Assembly: GCA_947501325.1 (NCBI GenBank)
Contig: CANMVC010000003.1
Span: 37,830 to 101,829, forward strand
Direction: 5' to 3'
Length of the DNA stretch: 64,000 nt
DNA from: an uncultured Sphingomonadaceae bacterium
GTDB lineage: Bacteria > Pseudomonadota > Alphaproteobacteria > Sphingomonadales > Sphingomonadaceae
Positions 1-8,696 of this stretch are shown here, one piece after another. The translations under genes were made by a program, and so were the position numbers. A model generated the notes under the pieces. It had not been told where the DNA came from. It made no database searches and saw nothing but the letters and a program-made list of their open reading frames with translations. Numbering within the stretch: position 1 is the stretch's first letter; the number at the start of each line of letters is the position of its first letter.

Positions 1-723
1 AGCTATTAAAAATGACGCGACGATGACCCTTTCACGGCCAGCGCAAAATTTGAGCCAGATTAAACACACGATGGTAGCTATGAAACCATTTAGGTAATTT
101 TCGATGCCATCTTCTGTATATGTAAATTCTCTCTCGAATGGAAAGACAATCAACAGAGTATATAGAAATATTATAAATATAACGATTGTAAAAAAAGATA
201 TAAAAATCTTCAATGAATTCGATGACAAATGATAAACGACCGAGAAAATTAAAATCAGGACAAATACGATAAAGGTATTATGAGAAAATATCGAAAGGAG
301 CGAAAATATCGCTCCTTTCAAGTATCGCTTAGATATAATTGCTTCTATCGCTACTGCAAAAAAAACACAGGCTATACCTTGCCTCAGAATATTAGAAAAT
401 AGGAGGACACCAAATGGTGAAACGCACGCGACAAGGAAACTGGGTATTAACTTGAACGAAGATAGGCACAATATTAAGGTCATTGCGCCAAATAAGATCA
501 TTAAAAAACTATCTCTACTTGAAAATAATCCTGTGTATTTTATTATAAACCATGAAATAATTTCCTTGATATAGTAGCTCGACTGGGTGCTGATTAGGGG
601 ACTTTGCATCCAGTATCGATCAATATCCACTCCTCCACGAGCATCTCCTAAAACAAGCACGATGGTTATGCTAATAGACACAACCAACAGCCAATAGAGC
701 CTCAGACTAATAGTATAAGGCAT
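1..723 (-). CDS. EpsG-family (Wzy-type) polysaccharide polymerase, N-terminal 241 codons; 3' end lies beyond the left window edge
   Basis: Absent from the ORF track because there is no stop in the window. My own minus-strand translation from ATG (723-721) stays open to position 1: MPYTISLRLYWLLVVSISITIVLVLGDARGGVDIDRYW...LRQGIACVFFAVAIEAIISKRYLKGAIFSLLSIFSHNTFIVFVLILIF... It is a polytopic hydrophobic protein with the RQ..A...A....K....L...H.. pattern I associate with EpsG/Wzy polymerases. The start overlaps the upstream gene's stop by 22 nt. Confidence 0.5.
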   Translation of the reverse strand, partial: MPYTISLRLYWLLVVSISITIVLVLGDARGGVDIDRYWMQSPLISTQSSYYIKEIISWFIIKYTGLFSSRDSFLMILFGAMTLILCLSSFKLIPSFLVACVSPFGVLLFSNILRQGIACVFFAVAIEAIISKRYLKGAIFSLLSIFSHNTFIVFVLILIFSVVYHLSSNSLKIFISFFTIVIFIIFLYTLLIVFPFEREFTYTEDGIENYLNGFIATIVCLIWLKFCAGRERVIVASFLIA

Positions 724-1406
724 ATTGAAAATACTCCACATCCGAGGACTTTGCCAAACATGGCACTTAGGTAGAAAGCCTCTCCGTCTTTATTTCTTTC
801 AGCTTTTGCCAGAGTGGGGAAAATATAAAAATTCAATACCAGATTTCCTACCCCACTGAATAGCGTGGCGGACTGTAAAATTGTACTCTGAAACTCCGGA
901 ATACGTAGAGAAAGAATGTTGACGATAAAAACTGAAGACAGCGCAAGCAGGCTGGTAAAACTCTGTGCAAAGATCAACCAATACTTTCTGTTAATCCAAA
1001 AGCGAGATTTCATTGACGGGTCAAACAGTTTCAGTGCGGTAGCCCATCCACGCAATCCAATGCGCCCATGGGCCTCAAATTCTTTCAATGCAGAAACAAA
1101 AATATTTGACACGGCATCCATTCGCCAACTTAGGATTGCTAAAAAAAATGCAACGCCAAGCAACCCTATGATCGCGATTTGCTTAATTCCGGAAACGGTT
1201 CCGCCCAAGTCGATGTAAAGGCCTAGTAGCGGTGGAATAAGAAAGCCGTTGAAGCGATTCAAGCTATACACCTGGTTGGCCAACACGATTGCAAAAGAAT
1301 ACACGCTGCTTTTATAACCGGCAAATCTTGCGATCATTCCTATGGCTTCTATTGAACCATAGGAGATGAACATGATCACGATAATCAAGCTGATTATATC
1401 AATCAC
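702..1406 (-). CDS. DUF2837 / Amj-like polytopic membrane protein (candidate lipid-linked glycan flippase)
   Basis: 234 aa and hydrophobic. The N-terminal stretch ISYGSIEAIGMIARFAGYKSSVYSFAIVLANQVYSLNRFNGFLIPPLLGLYID resembles, from memory, the Amj/YdaH pattern (..IE.L.YS.R.AG.R......L......SR......P.LG..VD). The C-terminal QSATLFSGVGNLVLNFYIFP resembles Amj Q.SG.INGLATIL. The start overlaps the upstream stop by 8 nt, suggesting translational coupling. Confidence 0.45.
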   Translation of the reverse strand: MIDIISLIIVIMFISYGSIEAIGMIARFAGYKSSVYSFAIVLANQVYSLNRFNGFLIPPLLGLYIDLGGTVSGIKQIAIIGLLGVAFFLAILSWRMDAVSNIFVSALKEFEAHGRIGLRGWATALKLFDPSMKSRFWINRKYWLIFAQSFTSLLALSSVFIVNILSLRIPEFQSTILQSATLFSGVGNLVLNFYIFPTLAKAERNKDGEAFYLSAMFGKVLGCGVFSICLILLV

Positions 1407-2478
1407 GATCTGATTCCAAATCTAGGTAGTCTCTGATTTCAGAGTATCGAGACCTGAAATACGCCATTTGGCTGTTGTCACGGAATGTTAATCGATCAAA
1501 GGATGCTTTGCTGTTTGACAGAGAAATTGGTTCAGGAGCAAAGCTCCCACCTGTTATTACCGAGGACATATCAAGATATTTGAATCCATCGCCTGGGACG
1601 ATCGCTTTGAAGTTGGCCGGCCGGACCAGTGAAACTGGAATACCATATGCAAAACAAACAATGAAAATATGCATTGCAGTTGTTACAATCTTTTGGAATC
1701 CATGCAGCTGTTCTATGAGCAATTCAATCTCTGCGGGCGTGCGAGCATAAGGCAAAATAGTTTCAATCGGGCCCTTTAACGACGTCCATTCATCAACGTG
1801 ATTCACGTGCGGAACGAATGCGAGGTCTGATCGCATCGCTTTGGAGGGTGGGGAATAGCGAAAAGGCATGAAAAATCCTGGATCACAAGGTTGAAAAATG
1901 GGCTTTTGATCAACCTCCAATATTTTATCTTGTGATAGCAGTCCTCGGACCGAGACATAATTACTGGCATCACCAATCCTATCAGTTTGCGAATTGAATC
2001 CGGAACCCAGAACGATAGATAGCTTGTTGGCTGATGCCAAAATCGATCCAACGGATAGAAAATGAGGCTCCAATCTCTGGTCCCTGAGATGCAAATATTT
2101 TATTGGCTGATCGGTTATCTTGCTAATCAAATAGGGTGCCAACCAGTCACCAAAATTGCCTTTATACGGTAGTGCAGTCCAAGAGCACCTGATCGTTTTT
2201 TTATTGCTTACAGATTCGTAGAACTGAATGGCTTCTCCCCAACGTGCAAGATCGCCCATGCCGTGATTATACGCATGCTCAATGTCTGTCCGTCGAAAAC
2301 GGGAGCTCGTTATTCGCAGTTTGACTGCAAAGGAAGATGAGTTTCTGCTGAGCAATTTCCCCAATATTAGGTTTGCACGATAATAACAGGAGGCCAACAA
2401 ACGCAAAAACTTGGGTGATGAGAGCTTGAACGCCAAATTTTTAATATATCTTATTGTCATGCTTACATTAATCTTCAA
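1399..2478 (-). CDS. Polysaccharide pyruvyl transferase family protein (ExoV/CsaB-like)
   Basis: 359 aa. Carries the NFGDWLAPYL motif (the N-x-GD-x-L signature of PF04230-type pyruvyl transferases) followed by SVGSIL...VLGSGF. Embedded in a glycan operon. Confidence 0.7.
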   Translation of the reverse strand: MKINVSMTIRYIKNLAFKLSSPKFLRLLASCYYRANLILGKLLSRNSSSFAVKLRITSSRFRRTDIEHAYNHGMGDLARWGEAIQFYESVSNKKTIRCSWTALPYKGNFGDWLAPYLISKITDQPIKYLHLRDQRLEPHFLSVGSILASANKLSIVLGSGFNSQTDRIGDASNYVSVRGLLSQDKILEVDQKPIFQPCDPGFFMPFRYSPPSKAMRSDLAFVPHVNHVDEWTSLKGPIETILPYARTPAEIELLIEQLHGFQKIVTTAMHIFIVCFAYGIPVSLVRPANFKAIVPGDGFKYLDMSSVITGGSFAPEPISLSNSKASFDRLTFRDNSQMAYFRSRYSEIRDYLDLESDRD

Positions 2479-3601
2479 CGAGATCGCAAATCTTCATTAT
2501 TTGACTTTCTCGATCAAATCTAATGTCAGGGACCCATGGAGCTGCAATTATTTCCAAATTTGAACGCGATGACAGTTCGCGAACCAAGTCATCTGCGTCA
2601 CCTGGCGTGTACTGAATAACATTCTTGCTTTCTAATAGACCATCTATTTCGGGAGACGTCTGTGAGTTAATCATGGGACTTCCGATAAACAGATAATCAG
2701 AAAGCTTGTTTGTAATCGATTGGGCAGCCCCCGCTTTTATTGAATTCACTGACGCGTCCATTTCTGATATATGCTCTCGTAGCTCCTTATATGGAACAAA
2801 TCCGTAGAGAAAAGTGCCCTCATATCCGGCTTCCGCAATAGCTCCTTTTTCGGGGCCATCACCGAAAACATGGAATTCGAAATCCAATCCGCGCTTTCTA
2901 AGTTGTGTGACCGCAGCACAGACTGTTTTTATATCATAGCTGAACGATAGTGTCCCAAAATAGAAGAGTTTGATTGGAAATTTTTTCTTCTTGGTTTTTT
3001 CAATACTTAAATCAGATCCTAGGTAACACACATGCTTTTCTGGCGTAAGTATAACGTCTGAATAGGCTTCCAAATAGGTCTGAGAAACGCTTATCACGGA
3101 ATCAGCTTTTGAGAATATATATCCCTTCTTTTTTTGAAACGGGGCGAAGATAAATTTCATTACCGAAAATACACTGAAATTATGCCAAATAGCTTCAGGC
3201 CATAAGTCTTGAATATCTACAAAAAACTTCGCCTTTCTATTTGTCTTTGCAATATGATGACAGGGTCCGATCATCGGATAAGAAGCATATACAACATCAT
3301 ATTTGGAGAATTCCGGAAATTTTCGGCCGAAATTCTTTGAAAAGAAAAAAATATTCAAAAACCTACCAATCCCGAAGTTTCTCTTATATCGGAGGGTCTG
3401 AATCAGCGTCACCTTGAAATTCTCAGTGTCCAATTCGGAATAATTGCGCTTCCGTTTAAGTCGGTGAATAAAATCACTCGTAACCAGTTCAACACTATGG
3501 CCTCGCCGGGTTAGTTCTTCAGCGACAGCGGCAAAGCGATTTGGCAAACCATCTATCGCAAAGCTTGTATAGGGCGCGACAAGCAGTATCTCTTTTTTCA
3601 T
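2468..3601 (-). CDS. Glycosyltransferase family 4 (GT-B fold, WbuB-like)
   Basis: 377 aa. The N-terminus MKKEILLVAPYTSFAIDGLPNRFAAVAEELTRRGHSVELVT is typical of GT4. The C-terminal half has the F.G....KG / E-x7-E-like region. Confidence 0.8.
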   Translation of the reverse strand: MKKEILLVAPYTSFAIDGLPNRFAAVAEELTRRGHSVELVTSDFIHRLKRKRNYSELDTENFKVTLIQTLRYKRNFGIGRFLNIFFFSKNFGRKFPEFSKYDVVYASYPMIGPCHHIAKTNRKAKFFVDIQDLWPEAIWHNFSVFSVMKFIFAPFQKKKGYIFSKADSVISVSQTYLEAYSDVILTPEKHVCYLGSDLSIEKTKKKKFPIKLFYFGTLSFSYDIKTVCAAVTQLRKRGLDFEFHVFGDGPEKGAIAEAGYEGTFLYGFVPYKELREHISEMDASVNSIKAGAAQSITNKLSDYLFIGSPMINSQTSPEIDGLLESKNVIQYTPGDADDLVRELSSRSNLEIIAAPWVPDIRFDRESQIMKICDLVED

Positions 3602-3631
3602 ATTTTGATAGTCTTCCGGCTATTGCATAAA

Positions 3632-4762
3632 CTATTCACCGTTTAGGCAGTCGCGAATTTCCTGGATAACTTCATCTTGTTCACCATCACTCATATCGCT
3701 TCCGGAAGGAAGACAAAGGCCATTAGCAAACAATCGCTCATCTAAGCCCCTTCCCACATACAAACTTCCAGAAAAGAGCGGTTGTAAATGCATTGGCTTC
3801 CAAAGTGGGCGAGATTCAATGCCGTGCTTCAACAGATGCAGGCGAATGCAATCACGAGTTTTCCCGCTTTTAAGAGGATCAACAGTAATCGCAGTCAACC
3901 AGCGGCTGCAATGAGACCAATTAGGTTCGGGCATAAACTCGATCCCCTCTACATTGTCAAGTGCGTTACGATAGCGCGAAAAAATAGTCCGCCGACGACG
4001 AACGCGCTCGTCCAGTACGCTAAGCTGGCCCAAGCCTATCGCCGCCGCGATATTGCTCATCCGATAATTGTAGCCATAGGTTGAATGTTCATAGTGAGGG
4101 GCTAAGTCGCGAGCTTGAGTCGAAAGAAAGCGCGCACGGTCTATTGCGAGCCTGTCACGAGATACGAGCATTCCACCACCGCCGGTTGTAATCATCTTGT
4201 TTCCATTAAAGGACAAGATCGCAAAATCGCCGCCGCTGCCACATTGGCGATCTTGATATCTTGCGCCGAGCGATTCGGCACTATCAAAAATGAGTTTAAC
4301 ACCAAAATTTTGCGCCAAACCTTCTATACGGTTGATGTCGCAACTCTGCCCATACAGGTCAGTTGCTATGATTGCTTTTGGTAGGCTATTTTTGGCTGCA
4401 GCTTTTTTTAATGCATCCTCAAGCAGCTCGGGACAAATGGTCCAGCTTTCACTCGAGATGTCGAAAAAACGCGGCTGTGATTGCTCATAGAGAACAGGAA
4501 AAACCCCCCCCGCGAAAGTCATTGAGCAGACCCATACCTCGTCGTCAGCTGTTAGATCAAGTAAACGCAATGCAAGATGCAAAGCTGCCGTTCCACTGCT
4601 CACGGCCAAGCAATGGACTTGTCCTCCTACATAACCCGCCACGCTTTCTTCGAATTGATCCAGCTGAGGGCCAACTGGCGCAATATAGTTACTTTCAAAC
4701 GCTTGTCGGACGTGCTCTAGCTCGGAGCCGCCCATATGTGGTCGCGATAGATGAATGCGCAT
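3632..4762 (-). CDS. DegT/DnrJ/EryC1/StrS-family PLP-dependent nucleotide-sugar aminotransferase (PglE/WecE-like)
   Basis: 376 aa. N-terminal SELEHVRQAFESNYIAPVGPQLDQFE, and SFNGNKMITTGGGGMLV containing the conserved PLP-binding lysine context. Confidence 0.85.
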   Translation of the reverse strand: MRIHLSRPHMGGSELEHVRQAFESNYIAPVGPQLDQFEESVAGYVGGQVHCLAVSSGTAALHLALRLLDLTADDEVWVCSMTFAGGVFPVLYEQSQPRFFDISSESWTICPELLEDALKKAAAKNSLPKAIIATDLYGQSCDINRIEGLAQNFGVKLIFDSAESLGARYQDRQCGSGGDFAILSFNGNKMITTGGGGMLVSRDRLAIDRARFLSTQARDLAPHYEHSTYGYNYRMSNIAAAIGLGQLSVLDERVRRRRTIFSRYRNALDNVEGIEFMPEPNWSHCSRWLTAITVDPLKSGKTRDCIRLHLLKHGIESRPLWKPMHLQPLFSGSLYVGRGLDERLFANGLCLPSGSDMSDGEQDEVIQEIRDCLNGE

Positions 4763-4780
4763 AAGCCGACTTTCAAGAAA

Positions 4781-5452
4781 CTAGGATTTGTTGAAAATAA
4801 GGAACATGTGTGACTTATCTTCCGGCACTTGGTACACTCTGCATTTCGCATTCTGCGCATCGGCTATGCGTTGAATTTCAGCGAAAGCAGTTTGCTTCGA
4901 GGAGTTTACTTGCCAAAGGCCGCTTCCTGGAGTCTTGCCAGAGAGTTTTCCAAGCCTTTTTTTGAGGAACAGCGGCAATGGAATTGTGATCGTTTTGTAG
5001 GGACGAGAAGTCACCCTCGACGAGAAATAGATCCGAAAGTCATCTACCGGTATACTGATTACCGCACAAGAGCGAGCCACATGGATGCACTGGCTGATAA
5101 TATTCTCGAATTCGGTGAAAGGTATATGGTGAAGGACGCGCGCGCACAGCACAACGTCCCAGGAAGACGCATCAAACTTTTGATCAAGTTCAGTCACATC
5201 TCCTACAAAATCCGGCTGAAGCTCTTCGTTGAGATCAAGGGTTGCCACTTCCACACCAAGATTCTTCAGGTAGGAAGATACCAAGCCTGTGCCCTTGCCA
5301 ATTTCCAACACTCGCCGCGGGGCTGAAGCCAGCACCTCATCTATCTGATGCCAGTAGGTTAATAGTCGAGTTTTGCTATTGTAGTTTTTGAACGAATAAT
5401 AGGCCGATTTCAACTTACTATATTTGTGCGCATACTCTTCTTCTTTATTCAT
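4781..5452 (-). CDS. Class I SAM-dependent methyltransferase
   Basis: 223 aa. Motif I VLEIGKGTGLVSSYL followed by the acidic TLDLN and VLCARVLHHI (motif II/III-like). The start overlaps the ATP-grasp stop. Confidence 0.7.
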   Translation of the reverse strand: MNKEEEYAHKYSKLKSAYYSFKNYNSKTRLLTYWHQIDEVLASAPRRVLEIGKGTGLVSSYLKNLGVEVATLDLNEELQPDFVGDVTELDQKFDASSWDVVLCARVLHHIPFTEFENIISQCIHVARSCAVISIPVDDFRIYFSSRVTSRPYKTITIPLPLFLKKRLGKLSGKTPGSGLWQVNSSKQTAFAEIQRIADAQNAKCRVYQVPEDKSHMFLIFNKS

Positions 5453-6443
5453 GAGAACTACTTTCAGTTGGATTCACCCGAGTAATCACCTCGGCATCGT
5501 ACCTCAGCATCATCAAGTTAGGCTCCCAGTCAGAGTGGGGATTCTTAATGGGTTTGCCTAACAAATACTCGTCTATTAGCCAAGATGGATAGTCTGCGCC
5601 TGCCAGCCTTGTCAGAGGATAGCCGCCTCCAAAGCGAGCGTTAATTTCTATACAAGAGCTTTGGCTATTGAACTTGTTCACAAATAGCTGCAGCGTCAGA
5701 ACACCTTGATACCCATCTATCTTGCTCAACTTTTCAGCCAGCTCAGATACAAAATGAGCCTTGCATGTTATCGCCTTGCTAACTTCCCCGCCCCTAACTT
5801 CCAAACGCTTCCGTGGGACAAAACAGATAAGATCTCCATCGTGATTATAATAAAGATCGCAAGTAAACTCATCATGCTCTGAAGGGTCCAAGTATTGACA
5901 GAACATATTTCGATCATTGGCTATAAGTTCATCGACTATAGCTGACTTAGAATCCAGAATATGCAGCCCTTCGCTTGACGACCCATCAAAGGGTTTAACG
6001 ATAACAGGATATTTAATCTCTTCGTGAGAATAAATATCAGGAACATTTATATCCCTCTCGAGAAAAAAGGCTGCGGTTAGTCGTTTATCGCCAAACGTAT
6101 GAACAAGATCAGCCTGACTGACCAAGAGCTTTATTCCATTGGCCTCAAACCGAGGTCTCGCCTTAGCCAAAAGTTGCAAACCTGTATCTATAGTTGGTAT
6201 AACAAGCCCTATATCGCGCTCTTTGCATTCTTTCAGAAGCAATTCAAAAAAGTTAGATGCGCTAATTGGCGGTAGTTTGAAATTGTTTTTTGTACTGGCG
6301 CAAACGGCGCTCAATTCTGGCCTCGTATCGGCCGCGAAAGCATCAATGCCATACTCCATCCCCGCCTTCACGAATGCGCTAAATAGAGATACGCGTCTGC
6401 CAGCGGAAAGAAGGAGTACATTCTTATACTTTTGTTTTTCCAT
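5445..6443 (-). CDS. ATP-grasp domain carboxylate-amine ligase
   Basis: The track ORF runs 5445..6491. I prefer the internal ATG at 6443 (MEKQKYKNVLLLSAGRRV...), which lies 1 nt after the upstream stop. YPVIVKPFDGSSSEGLHIL and the later E.N.RFGGGYP are typical ATP-grasp elements. Confidence 0.75.
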   Translation of the reverse strand: MEKQKYKNVLLLSAGRRVSLFSAFVKAGMEYGIDAFAADTRPELSAVCASTKNNFKLPPISASNFFELLLKECKERDIGLVIPTIDTGLQLLAKARPRFEANGIKLLVSQADLVHTFGDKRLTAAFFLERDINVPDIYSHEEIKYPVIVKPFDGSSSEGLHILDSKSAIVDELIANDRNMFCQYLDPSEHDEFTCDLYYNHDGDLICFVPRKRLEVRGGEVSKAITCKAHFVSELAEKLSKIDGYQGVLTLQLFVNKFNSQSSCIEINARFGGGYPLTRLAGADYPSWLIDEYLLGKPIKNPHSDWEPNLMMLRYDAEVITRVNPTESSSHE

Positions 6444-6444
6444 A

Positions 6445-7029
6445 CTAACCTTTGAATCGCTTGCTAATTTCTGAGTCCATTGCGCCAACATCTTTATGCT
6501 GGAGTGTGGAGATAGCCGTCAAAGCCAATATCTTCAAATCGAGCAACAAGCTTTGGTTTTTCACATACCAAACGTCCATCTCGAATCTTTTCTCCCAGCT
6601 TATTTTATTCCGGCCATTGATCTGAGCCCATCCTGTCAGTCCTGGAGGCACATCAAGTCGTAGCGCTTGTTCAGGCGAATAAAGACCGACATAATCCATC
6701 AGCAATGGCCTTGGGCCGACGAAGTTCATTTCACCCTTCAAAATGTTAAATAACTCAGGCAGCTCATCGAGATTACTTCGTCTCAAAAATCTGCCAAAAC
6801 TGGTGAGGCGCTGCGATGATGGCAGCAAACTGCCCGCCTCATCTAACTCGTTTGTCATTGTCCTGAACTTTATTATTGTGAATGGACGTCCATTACGGCC
6901 GGCGCGTTCTTGAAAGAAAAAGACCGGCGTACCCAGTTTCACGCGAACCATTATCGCGACAACACAACAAATCAAAATCAGAAGTGGCGCCAACCCGATA
7001 GCCAAAATTAAATTTAGTAATCTATTCAT
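6445..7029 (-). CDS. Small monotopic phosphoglycosyl transferase (bacterial sugar transferase, PglC-like) priming enzyme
   Basis: 194 aa with one N-terminal hydrophobic helix. Motifs FFFQERAGRNGRPFTIIKFRTM, LDELPELFNILKGEMNFVGPRP and PGLTGWAQ are hallmark PF02397 elements. Confidence 0.85.
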   Translation of the reverse strand: MNRLLNLILAIGLAPLLILICCVVAIMVRVKLGTPVFFFQERAGRNGRPFTIIKFRTMTNELDEAGSLLPSSQRLTSFGRFLRRSNLDELPELFNILKGEMNFVGPRPLLMDYVGLYSPEQALRLDVPPGLTGWAQINGRNKISWEKRFEMDVWYVKNQSLLLDLKILALTAISTLQHKDVGAMDSEISKRFKG

Positions 7030-7042
7030 GGAAGATTTTTCT

Positions 7043-7330
7043 TTATTCTAAATACTCTCGATTATCAGTATATATTGCCCACATTTGGGCGATCAGATCG
7101 GTCGATTGAAGCTGAATTACGTGTCTGTCAATCGTAGAATGATAAGCTAGGAAAACTATTGTACGGTTCAAGTCTATATCTAGAGATCGGATCCTAATGT
7201 CAGGGTCAAAATCGATAAACCCGAATTTGTTTTGAATCATGCCTGAAGGCCGGACAATTGCTTGTGAACGCTGAGACCTTCTTATCATCGCTATGTTCTG
7301 TGAGGCAAAGCATGGGGTAAAATGGTCCAA
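7043..7330 (-). CDS. Hypothetical small protein (doubtful)
   Basis: 95-aa ORF in the gap between the unknown 392-aa gene and the priming transferase. No recognisable motif and no clear ribosome-binding site. Confidence 0.2.
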   Translation of the reverse strand: MDHFTPCFASQNIAMIRRSQRSQAIVRPSGMIQNKFGFIDFDPDIRIRSLDIDLNRTIVFLAYHSTIDRHVIQLQSTDLIAQMWAIYTDNREYLE

Positions 7331-7499
7331 AATGTTAAAGTAATTTTTGCTTAGAGTGGCATTAGCTCGGCGTTGGGGAGCTCAAATTATCTATGGGGGC
7401 TATTTGAAGAGCTATCTTAAAATATCTCAGTAAAGTTAAAAACATTTGGCAGCATCAATCGGCATTGCGGATAGCTTTTGTACTAGCTTGATGATCAAA

Positions 7500-8678
7500 C
7501 TATCTAATTGACAAATTTTCAAATTTGAGATCAAAATCTCCATCGTTGCTTTCTGCTTCAGCAACGATATCCAACCAAAAAAAGCGGCAATCAAGATTGG
7601 GATTGATGATCTCTCGGCGAATTTCCGGCCCTTCAAATGGTATCCGTGCAGATAAATTATTTTTCTTATTGCTTTCTGCACAGTAAATACGAAGCGATAG
7701 CTTATCTCCAGCCTGCAAAGGAGTTGCAAGCTTTCCAGTTAATTGAAGGCGGCCACGATCCGCAGGCAGTTCGATCAATTGCCTCGCAAATACACCGCCA
7801 GAACCTTTGACAGCATTGAGCCATAACGCTCCCGATTCAATCACCGCTCCAAATTCTCCATTTGAGAATAATTGCCAGTCAAAGGGGGGGTATTTGGAGT
7901 TTTGGTCAAAGTCGGGGTTTCTTACTAGCTCTAGACTGTCCTGTGCTTGAGCGAAAATGCGGTATAAATTTCGAGCATCAATAAAACTGCCGTTTTTGAT
8001 CAGTGCTTGCAAAAGTTGTTCGTCATGGTTCTGAGTTGATTTTCCTGGTCCAGTACCAAGTTTTGTGCGCAGAATTGCTCCATTAACCAACGAGGGAGGG
8101 GTTCTAACCAGTTGCCGCCAAAACCGACCAGCCCATGGAGGATCAGTGTTGAGCATTTTAAACATCGGTTCGATAAAATCTGGTATTGCCATGGCTCTCG
8201 CCATAGCTGGGATGAATTGCTGACCAGACTTTGGTTCTGTACGCAGCGAGATATCATAGAAATTTAGGAGCGCAGCAACGTCATTCCTGCGGGCACTATC
8301 CGTGATCATCCATCCGGTAACTATTTGCTGACGGCGCGACAGTTCAAACGCTTGCTCCATTAGATCATGACGAACACCGCCGGACTTCGCTAAAGCGATA
8401 ACTGCAATAGCACCGGGAGTTATAGGCTCTGCTGTAAATGCCCGGATAGCTAAGTCATATGTTCTTGGTTCAATAGCTGATGGAAATTGATTCTGATTTT
8501 CTTGTATCGCATTCTGAGTTAACTGGATCGCTATCTCGTTCTCAGAAAAGCCGTTTACTGGTTGCAATGAGATCGCAAGACTAGGAGCTTTGTTCTTGGT
8601 AACTGCACCCAAAGCAGTTACGCCGGATATCGCCGCGATTGCTATTGCGAAAGCCCATATCGCGAGGTTTTTGATCAT
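7500..8678 (-). CDS. Hypothetical N-terminally anchored protein, helical N-domain plus beta-sandwich-like C-domain; function unknown
   Basis: 392 aa. Has an N-terminal hydrophobic anchor (MIKNLAIWAFAIAIAAISGVTALGA). It starts 19 nt downstream of the wzc stop on the same strand. I recognise no family motif. The C-terminal third (FDWQLFSNGEFGAVIESGALWLNAVKGSGGVFARQLIELP...LSLRIYCAES) looks like a jelly-roll or carbohydrate-binding module. Confidence 0.6.
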   Translation of the reverse strand: MIKNLAIWAFAIAIAAISGVTALGAVTKNKAPSLAISLQPVNGFSENEIAIQLTQNAIQENQNQFPSAIEPRTYDLAIRAFTAEPITPGAIAVIALAKSGGVRHDLMEQAFELSRRQQIVTGWMITDSARRNDVAALLNFYDISLRTEPKSGQQFIPAMARAMAIPDFIEPMFKMLNTDPPWAGRFWRQLVRTPPSLVNGAILRTKLGTGPGKSTQNHDEQLLQALIKNGSFIDARNLYRIFAQAQDSLELVRNPDFDQNSKYPPFDWQLFSNGEFGAVIESGALWLNAVKGSGGVFARQLIELPADRGRLQLTGKLATPLQAGDKLSLRIYCAESNKKNNLSARIPFEGPEIRREIINPNLDCRFFWLDIVAEAESNDGDFDLKFENLSIR

Positions 8679-8696
8679 GGTTTCATACCTCGACCA

